A stretch of 59,746 nucleotides of DNA, filler included, from Jimgerdemannia flammicorona (Eukaryota), in the NCBI GenBank assembly GCA_003990765.1. It is 3 parts of 3 records of this genome, joined end to end, with 100 filler letters (N's around TTAATTAATTAA, not from the genome) between each part and the next. Parts side by side here need not be neighbours in the genome. Positions count along the whole stretch, not along the records: positions 39,906 to 59,746 come from RBNJ01001833.1; 2 more parts are not named here. One strand, given 5' to 3'. Shown one piece after another: positions 50,054 to 59,746 of the stretch. Below the pieces are notes generated by a model that was not told where the DNA came from, did no database searches, and was given only the letters and a program-made list of their open reading frames with translations. The position numbers and the translations under genes were made by a program. Within the stretch, counting starts at the first letter, position 1. Each line of letters opens with the position of its first letter.

Positions 50054-52920
50054 CTCAAGAACTGTTTGAGGAATTCCAGGATATATTTCAGAATCCCCAA
50101 GGACTTCTACCCAAGTACCAAATTCAACATGAAATTGATCTCATTCCAGAATCTGAACCTCTATACAAGAGTATCTATCAACTGGCCTAACCCAAACTCA
50201 AGACCCTCAAGGATGAGTTGACCAAACTATTGGTCTAAGAATATATTGAACCCAGCCATTCTCTATTTGGAGCCCCTATTCTGTTTGTTAAGAAGAAGAA
50301 TAGCTCTCTGCAAATATATATTGATTATAGAGCTCTCAACAAGATCACCATTAAGAACTAGTATGTCTTACTCAGGATTGATGAGTTATTGTACCAAATC
50401 TTCAAGGCCAAGACCTTTTCCCTGCTAGATTTGTGAAATGGCTACCACCAGATTCTCATTGATGAGAAGGATATTGAAAAGACAGCTTTCCAAATATGGT
50501 TTAGACACTATCAGTTCTGAGTTATACCTTTTGGTTTGACCAATATACCAGCAACATTTCAGTATCTGCTAAATGATATCTTTGGACTACTTCTCAATAT
50601 TTGTGTCCTTATATATATCAATAATATACTAATCTACAGTAAAACAGTAGAGTTATACTACACCCACCTCAGACAGGTACTGATCCTTCTGTGAGAATAC
50701 CAGCTCTATACCAAGATGAGCAAATGCAAGTTTTATCAAGACTAGATCAAGTATATAGGATATATCATCTCTGCTGAAAGTATCAATGTAGACCCCTAAA
50801 AAGTATCAGCTTTCAAGGATATTCCCTCCCCACTACCCTTAAGCTACTTCAGTACTTTTTGGGTATTACTGGTTACTACCAAAGATTTATCAAAGGATAC
50901 TCTGCTATTGCAGCTTCACTGATCAGCCTGGCCTACAAAGGAGTAAACATTAAGACTGAATAGACCCCTGAGTATACTCAGACTATGGACCACCTCAAGA
51001 GACTCCTTACTGAGGCCTCAGTGCTAATTGCACCTGACCCTACTAGATCATTCACTCTGACCACAGATGCCTCTGATATTGCTATTGGGGCAGTGCTCAG
51101 CCAAGAAGATTGCCCAGTAGCTTACCTTTCCCAAAAGCTTAAGCTAGCTGAGACCTGGTATACTATCCATGAGAAGGATCTCCTGGCCATTGTTACTACA
51201 CTTCAAGAATGGTACCATTTCCTCCTAGGACAACTATTTATAGCCTACACTAATCACTATACCCTGTGGTATATTCATATACAGCCCATGCTGACTCACA
51301 GATAAGTCCACTGAATGGAAATCAAGTATATCCTAGGCAAAACCAACTATGTGACTGATGGTTTCTCCAGATATATAGAAGATAAACTAGTCTTCATTGT
51401 TAAGGTAATTGGAGAACTTACTCAGATAATCAAAGATAGCTACCAATAAGATAGTCCCCTGGTGAATTTTCTTCAATTCTGTCAAGACCCAGAGGCCAAG
51501 GTCTCAGAACCCATGAGACAAATGTCCAAAAGATTCACTTACTGTGATAGACTTATCTACAGAGATCATAACAGAGTGGTTGTACTTAACAATAATACTC
51601 TGCAACTCAAGATCATGCAAAAACTCCATAATACTCCTGCAGTAGGATATTTTGGTTTTGAAAAGACCTACAATCTCCTCTCAAGAGAGTTCTACTGGCC
51701 CAAGATAACTAAGGATATCAAAGATTTTGTGGCCTCATGTGAGATATGCTAAAGATTTAAAAGTAATAACAAGCTACCAGTAGGACTTCTGCAACTCCTG
51801 CCTATTTTGAGTCATAACTGGGATCAGATTGCAATAGACTTCATTGTCCAGCTCCCCAAGACTAAGGCAGGATGGGATACCATTGTAATATTTGTAGACT
51901 GTCTAAGTAAACAAGTCCATTTTGCACCCACTAAGACCACCATAACAGTACCCAAGATTGCTAAAATTTTCCTTAACCAAGTATTCAAATTATATAGTAT
52001 ACCTAGTACTATTGTGTCTGATCAGGATACAAAGTTTACAAGTAACTTCTGGAAGACATTCTTCTCTCTCTATGGAACCAAGCTGAAGTTCTCTACTACC
52101 TACCACCCCCAGACTAACAGTCAAACTGAGCAAATTAATAAGACTCTCAAACAGATACTTAGCATCTTCTACTGTTATAAGCAGAATGATTGAGATAAGT
52201 ATTTTTCCCATATCAAATTTGTCTATAACAATAGCTAGCAAACCTCTATAAAGAAGACTCCATTCTTCTTAAACCATGGTCAACACCTGAGGACCCCAAG
52301 TACTACTGCAAAATCAGCAGTCCCAGCAGTCCAAGATTTGGCTGAGACCATTTCTGATCTTACTCAAATAATAAGAGATACTCTCATAGAAGTACAGGAC
52401 TACTAGACCAAGTATGCAAACTTGAAGTAAAGAGAAGTCTCTTATAATATTGGCAACATGATCATGCTTAGAACAGACTATCTCCACCCAGATACTCTAG
52501 CATAACAACTAGCCAAGAAAATTTGTACTAGAAGAATTAGATCATATAAGATCATAGAAAAAGTCAGTGAAGTCAACTATAAGTTGTAACTTCCCCATAA
52601 TATCTGAGTATACCCAGTATTCTATATAAGTCAACTGGTAGACTACCATGAGAACCTATTTCCTAAGCATACAGTTCTACCACCACCCCCAATTAGGATC
52701 AATGATCATAAGAAATTTGAAATTAAGGAAGTACTTTATCATAAGGTTCACAAAAATCCCAAAACAGCCAAGCAGTTTTTTCTCATCAAGTAGAAGGGTT
52801 ACCCAACTAATGATACCATCTGGAAAAAAGAAGAAGCTCTGGAGAATATATGTGAAGCCCTTCAGGACTATATGGAAATACTTACTCCCCAGCAAAGAAA
52901 GGAACTGCAGCTCTTAAGCT
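50054..52920 (+). mobile_element. Ty3/Gypsy chromovirus G2, pol remnant (RT-RNaseH-integrase-chromodomain)
   Basis: [69 protein letters not shown]; chromodomain FEIKEVL...FLIK*KGYPTNDTIW. Confidence 0.92.
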
Positions 52921-53548
52921 TAGAGCATACAGTAAAGAAAGAAGGCACCATATAATTATCTGGAATATACAATATCAAATATTACAGAAAAAAGAATACT
53001 ATATCTAATTAATAAGAAAGATACTCAGGCAAAGGACAACTCAGCATGATATAGTAAAACACATTTGAACAACTCCATTTTATACTATCTATATTATCTC
53101 TGCTAGATGATGACAGATGCTTTATATGGAACCTAGAAAGCTAACAATATTGAAACCAATCTAAGTCTATCTATATAATAGATATTATTACTAAGAATTG
53201 CCTTAGATTATAAGAAATACTATTTCCAAGAGGTTTGAACTCCCAGCCATAACAATGGGAGCCCTTGCTCTAGATAAGGATGGCCAATCCTTACAAATAC
53301 ACCAACCAGACAAAAAAAGAGGACCAAGTTCCATCAACCCTGTGTAACTACAATTACAATATCTTAGAAATTAGAATTTTCTCATATGACCAGCACATGC
53401 CCTGCTTACAGTAATAGGTCATATATTTTGTAGAAAAGTATAATCAAATTATGGTTACACTAGGCAGGTGAATAAGTATAAATATCCAAGGTAAGAATAT
53501 ACTGCAACTTTTATCTCCCTCTCCTCACAAAGAAAAGACAAGACAAGA

Positions 53549-54181
53549 ATGCCTGCTACCTACCACCAAACTGCCTGCCATAGCCAGCCCATCTCAAGCC
53601 AGGTTGACCACCTCTTTGGACATATCCAGGTTGCTATCTAAGGAAGGAACTACCACTCTGAGACTCTTAACCTCTCTAGCCAGGACTTAGAACATTATAT
53701 TCTCAACTGCCAGAAAGTTATTGAAAGGGCCTATCTTGCTACCAGCTACCTAGAGATCTGGCATGAATACAAAATTGATCACCAACTCTACCAACAGACA
53801 AAAGACCTACCCACTGACCAGGTCTCAGACTAGACTCACCTGAACAGGTATGAGCAAAGACTTATCAAGAAGGTCTATCAAATCATATGCCATACACTCT
53901 TTGTAATCCCCAATATCAACTATATACAACTGAAGAACTTCCAGAACCTCTCTTTTCCTGAGGTTGATGAGCTAGAGATCAAGGTAGCCCAAGAAGCCAA
54001 CTCCTGGATTATCCTCAAGTCCACTGACTGTGATCCTCACTAGAGCCCCCTCCTGAATGACAACTCAGACCAATGGCTCCAAGGTCTCTCTGACCTCTTT
54101 AAAGGACCACCTATCCAAATGAATATCCCCATACATAAGGATTAAGAACCCTACTTGGATGGCCCCAACTGTATTAGATAG
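53549..54181 (+). pseudogene. Decayed ORF of unknown function downstream of G2
   Basis: About 210 codons in one frame from ATG 53549 (MPATYHQTACH...LEHYILNCQKVIERAYLATSYLEIWHEY...) with four internal TAA/TAG stops; cut by LINE F. Confidence 0.55.
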
Positions 54182-54184
54182 AGA

Positions 54185-57100
54185 ACTCCTATCCCCACCA
54201 GTAACATTCGGGTGACACAAGACTCAGACAACACTTTTACAACGTTTTTGGTGTCCGACGGCTAACAACATGGATGGCAACGATCGAACTGGTGAGCATA
54301 CTGGCCAGGGGGGTGACAGTGCCTTTGGCTGGCAGCAGGTGGGGAGGAGGGGAGATGGTTTGGGGATGCCAGGGGCCTCGATGGCTAGCCGAGGCCTGGG
54401 TGGCAGAGGAAGGGGCGGTCTGAGGCAGAGAGGAGGGGAGAGGTTGACCTTTGCTGATAAGGTCAGAATGAGGAAGATGGCTTCTGGGCTAGATGGCTGG
54501 CTGGGACTGGGGAAGGCGTCGATGGCTACTGCTGGGGGCCAGAGAGGTGCACTCCAGGGTACCTCTGGTGGTAGGGAAGGGGCTGGAGTAGGGGCTGGAG
54601 ATGTGACTGTTGATGGAGCTGTGACTAGGGATCTGGCAAAAAATCCAGATGTGACGGCAGTTGGCAATTCAGGACTTGGAGTGGGCATGAGGCCTGGGGA
54701 CCTGGCTGATGGGGTGATGGGTATGGTGTCGGCCCTGTTACTCAAGAAGTCGAGGTCAGAATTTGCGGTCATGATGTGCTTCTGGGGATTGGCAGTGATG
54801 GCAAGGGTGATTTTGGGGCTGGTGGTGCAGGAGGCTAAGGGAGCAGCATTGGTGAAGTTCTTGAGGGGAAAGGAAGGGGTTGAGGTGGGATTTAAGGAGG
54901 AAGACGCCTTGTTAGCAGCCATGGAGAAGGGGGTGATGGTGGGCAGAGTTGTGGTTCCTATGGCCCGGTGCATGTACTGGGACCCCCAAGTAGTGCAGTT
55001 GATGGTGTTGGACCTCCTGACTGTGTCAAAGGAAAGAACCAGGGAGTTGGTTGTGGAGGTGGTCAAGGAGTATGGTGAGATTGTGGATGTTGGGTTCAAG
55101 GTCTGGGAGGGCATGGAGCTCCGAACTGGCGATGTTGATGTCAGGGTGTGGCTGGCTGGAAAGGAGAATACAGGGTAATCGAGGGACTGACCAGCAGTAC
55201 TGAGGTGGGGACTGGTAGAGTGTAAGGTCACCAGGGTGAAGGGGTCTCCGAAGGAGGAGGAGGACTTGTTGGAGGCACTGGAGGACCTGGAAGGGGCAGT
55301 GGCGAGGAGGAGGTTGGCCTGGCAGGAGTTTGAGGCCAGGATGGTGGTGGGAGAGGTAGATGGGAAGAGGATCCAGATGGAGAAGGGGGCATGGGAAAAG
55401 ATGCAGGGGAGGAGGATCCAGAAGGAGCTGTTGGCGAAGCTGGGTGGGGGTGGGGCTGGTGGAAGCTCAGGAGAAGGGGTTGCAGGGTCACGGGAGAGCA
55501 CCTGGGCTGAGGGGGGAGAGATGGCCCAGGGCAGAGTTCGGATCGGAGGTGAGGAGGGGAGGGAGGGCAATTTGGAGGTGGATGCCGAAATGAGTGAGGG
55601 TGTGCACACTCAGTATAGTGTTCTGGATGGGGCAGAGGGAGAGGAGGAGCTGATGGATGTGCCGGACGAGGAGTGGGATGAGTCGGTGAGAAGGAGCACA
55701 CTAGTGGACCCCGAGATGGATGGAGGACAAATTGCTCAGGGGGTGGCGGAGGCAGTGGATGAGGAGAAGTGGATGTGGAAGACCTTGGAAGGGGTAGTGG
55801 CTGAAGAGCTGGGGGGTGAGGACTTCAGGGTGTTGGAGGAGAAGCATTGGGAGGAGATCCTATAGGGGGAGGAGGTACCGAGGAAGATGAGGAATGAGAT
55901 CCTGGCAGTCCTCCTAGAGTTGGTTGAGTATCAGGTTGATGATCAGTAGGAGGAGAAACTTAGGAGGATTGCAAGTGACAGAGTGACTTTCTTGTGAAAT
56001 TCGAGGAAGGGACTGGAGAAGTGGCATGCTGTCTGCTTGGACTACAGGGCTGATATGGAGGAAGTGGACAGGGTGGAATGTCAGGAAATCTTGGGAGCAC
56101 TGGATACTCAGGATAATGCCGAGGGTGAATTGGAAGCTGAGGGGCACTTGGATCTGGCAGGAGATGAGATGAGTATGGAATTATAGGTTGGGGTCTCTAT
56201 TGCAACATTTCTTCAATATGAACAGTACAACTAGGATTTTCTCATTGAACATTAATGGGCTACGGGGGTCAGCTAGGAGGAAGTATATATTTGGTTAGCT
56301 TAAGAGACTGGATGCAGACCTCTTCTTACTGCAGGATGTTTGTTATGAGGCAGATGTGGACTTACAGGATTGGACTAAGGAATGGGGGGGTGCGGCAGTT
56401 TGGAGGGGGAAAGTGTGTATTCTCATTTGGAAAGGGATGGGGGACATTGGGAATATTGGACATTGGGGGTCTTGGGTGGTGTGGGGAGTGTGGAAGAGGC
56501 CTGGATGGGGCCTGCTGATGGTCAGGTCCTGTTACTGCCCAGTTGTGAGAGGGGAGAGAGTGGAATGGATCTGCAGATTGAAAGAGGCTGATGTGTTGGG
56601 AGAAGTTGGGTTAGACTGTATGGGGGGTGACTTCAACATGATATGGGATAAGGAGCTGGACAGAACTGATGGAGGGAGAGGCATGCAGAGTGAAAGTGGT
56701 GGGTTGGGTGACTGGTTGGAGATGGAGAGGTTGTGTTCTCTAGTAGACTCAGGAAGACATTTTTGGGCTGATCGGCAGATGTACACCCACTGGGCGGCAG
56801 GACTGGGCTCCAGGATTGACTGGGTACTAATGGCAGAGTGTTGGGAAATGGATATCTGGTCGGCACTGGAAGTCGTATGGTGTCTGTGGTCTGATCACTG
56901 GGGGCTGCTTGGAGGGGGGAGATTTGGGGGTAATGAGGATGGGCCTGGACATTGGCGACTAAATTCTTCCCTGTTAGAGGATAGGGTGTTGTGGGAGGGA
57001 TGGAATCGGAGGTGGTTGGAAATATAGGCAGGTGGCAGGAACAAGGACTGGAGATTGGGGACCGCTGGAGAAGACTGAAGGTGAAGGCTCAGGAGTATTG

Positions 57101-59746
57101 GAGGGAAGCAGGGAAAGGGAAGTGTGCCCAGCAAAGGCAGCAGGTGCTGTGGGCCTCGCGGCATCTGGCAGCACTTATGGGGAGATGGGCAGGTGTGCTG
57201 GAGGATGGGGCTGTGACTGATTGGCATATTGCGAGGATCTGACAGGAGGTGGAGGAGCTCAAAGGGGTACTACGTAGGGAGGAGGAGGAGCAGTTACAGG
57301 GAATGGTGGCCCACCTGCGGTGGCAGGGGCTTGAGGAGGGGGAGAGGCCTAGCAGATTCTTGTCATGGTTGTTACAAGCACGACGAATGAGGCAGCGGTG
57401 GGAGGGGGTTTTGGATGAGAATGGCAAGCTGGTAGTGGAGACTCTGGCGATTCTAGACCTACTGTGAACCCGGTGGGGGAATCTTTGGAGTGAGGAGGAT
57501 GGGGGATTGGATGCCCTGAACATTGAAAGACAGCTGGGGAATTGGCACCCAGACCCTGCAATAGGACTTGGGGCATTGGGGGACCTGGTGAGTAGTGAGG
57601 AGATTTGCAGGGTTGTGGCCTCAATGAGTAAGGGGACAGCTCCGGGAAAGGATGGGCTTCCCTGGGATTTTTGGCAGAAGATGACTGGGGTGGGTGAGGT
57701 GCTAGAGGAAATGACTGCTATGTGTGATGGGGTTCTTCGGTCTGGTACCTGGATTGGGGGACAGTGCTTAGGGCTGGTCTCTCTGCTCTTTAAGGACAAG
57801 GGTAGGCGAGAGGACTGGAGGAACTGGCAGCCAATTATGCTTCTTGACATGGACTGCAAATTGGTGATGAAAATCTTGGTGATGAGGTTGCAAGGCATCA
57901 CTCAGCAGGTTCTTGGTATGGAACAACATGGGTTTGTCGGTGGTCGGTTGATTCGAGATGGGACAGCCTGGGTTCATGGAGTGATTGAAGGTACCTGGGT
58001 GACAGGAGTGGATGGCAGATTAGTGTTTCTGGACCAAGAGAAGGCTTATGATAGAGTGTAGAGAATATGGCTAGAGGGGGTGCTGAAGCGGATTGGTATC
58101 CCACCAGGGGTCCGAAGATCATTAATCAGCCTCTTGGAGGACAGTCAGGCGGCATTGGTCATCAATGGCCACCAGGGGGTGACCTTTCCCCTGGGCCGTG
58201 GGGTACCACAAGGGGACCCCTTGTCACCCATATTGTATGCTCTTTCACTGGAGCCACTACTGGACAGGATTCGGTACAAGATTGGAGGCTTGGACATCTT
58301 AGGGGTGAACTGGAAGGTGGGGGCCTTTGCTGATGATATGGTGGTCGGGCTGGGCTCCTTGGGAGATGTGGGAGAGTTATAGAGGACTGTGGAATGGTAC
58401 GAGCAGGGTTCTGGTGCTAAACTGAACTGGCACAAATGTGAGACACTGGTGCTGGGCACTGGAATTGTTGGTGGCGATGTTATTGGGACGGTGGTACTGG
58501 CGGGTGAACCAGTGCACTACTTGGGGATCTACTTCTCGGTGTTTGGATCTCTTCTTCCCCGGGTATGGTGGGACTATAAACTTCTAGAGTAGGGTAATGT
58601 CTTGCTGAGATGGGGAGGCCGGCATATGTCCCTTGCCAGAAGAGTGATGGTGTTGAATGTGTACTGGATGCCGAAGCTGTGGTATGTTGGATATCATTTG
58701 GATCTCCCAACCTGGGTGGTTAAGGAGTTGTTGAAGATGGCGAGGTCATGGATCTGGGGAGGGCGGTAAAGCCAGGTTGGTTGGGAGGTGCTCACACTGC
58801 CCTTGGAAAGAGGTGGGCTGGGCTTAGTGGACTTTACTAAGCGGCTTCTATATCTGAGAGCCTGGTGGCTGCGAAGGGCGAGCGAGCTCAGGGGGTGGGA
58901 GTGGGTGCCACTCATGCAGAGGTTGTGGGAGGTTCGGTACTCCCCACGTGGTGGCTCAGGTGATCTGCTTGCGATGGTGGCCATGGATGGGAGCAGGAAG
59001 ATGCGGTTTATGGGCTTTTGGTGGGGAGTGGTGGATGGTGCTAAGAAGATGGGACTTCGGTGGTGAGGTGATGAAGCCGAGAAGGTTTGGGGACTGCGGA
59101 TGTGGCAGTGGGACAGGCTTCTATTGGGTGGGGTCCTGGTAGAGGACTTTCAGCTTGGTGAGGGCCTGGAGTGTCTGTGAGGCCTAGGTGGGGACCTATG
59201 GCCAGAAGCCTGGCAGAGGGTTGGAATTGGAGAGGAGTGGGACTGGAATGGACTCTGGCTTTGGAGCAAATGGGTGTGGCAGTGGCTGCCCCCCAAGTTC
59301 TGGGTGGTGTGGTGGCGAGTCTTATGGCGGAATGTGATATTGAACTATCAGTCTAGACACTTGGTGGATGGTGGGGCATTCGAGTGCAAGGACTGTTTCA
59401 ATGTTGGTCAGGAGGGAGGAGTGATACAAACACCTGAACATTGGCTTGGTGAATGTGAGGTTTTGGGGGAGTTTTGGAGAGGTATTATGGACAGGGTAGG
59501 GCTGGATGCCAAGGAAGGAGAGGAAGGGGGGCAATGGGGAGTGCTCTGCTGGCGACTGGTGGGTGGAGTTGGGGATGAATGGCTGACCCTTAGTTGGGCT
59601 TTGGCTATGTGTATTGGACTAGCTGGGCATTGGGTTTATGTATTTGAGGAAGGGTGCCGGGTTGGAGTTGGTGACAAGATGGCCCGGTGGGAATGGTTGA
59701 TGTTGGATATTTTGAATAGCTGGTGGCGGGGTTGGGGGATGGGTGG
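54185..59746 (+). mobile_element. LINE family 1 copy F: near full length, runs off the window end
   Basis: ORF1 54270-56186 (one frame, several stops); ORF2 ATG 56218; EN, RT (GAFADD), ERGGLG, CKDC...EHWLGEC. Confidence 0.95.

Noticed and set aside
54224..55609. 461-aa antisense ORF (also 44579-45691 and 17217-18155)
   Set aside because: Shadow of LINE ORF1; the G-rich sense strand rarely yields antisense stops and the products are Ser/Pro low complexity.

Overview
Repeat-rich eukaryotic DNA, almost certainly fungal (Zn2Cys6 domain, Plavaka transposase, GT-AG introns). The window is three contigs joined by artificial N-TTAATTAATTAA-N spacers (19854-19953, 39806-39905). Most of it is nested, decayed transposons. 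There are six copies of a G-rich L1/Tx1-like LINE, two pieces of a second LINE family, and a gag-protease LTR element with related LTRs. There are also two Ty3/Gypsy elements (one with an in-frame dUTPase between nucleocapsid and protease, one with a chromodomain), an intron-containing Plavaka DNA transposon with a divergent partner gene, and an 88-bp hAT-type MITE. Repeats show heavy C-to-T decay. A CpG-normal island (about 31150-39805) holds a C2H2+Zn2Cys6 gene. It also holds the top finding: an apparently intact type III hammerhead ribozyme with a loop-loop pseudoknot (39120-39179), preceded by a degenerate second copy. All calls come from manual reading, not database searches.
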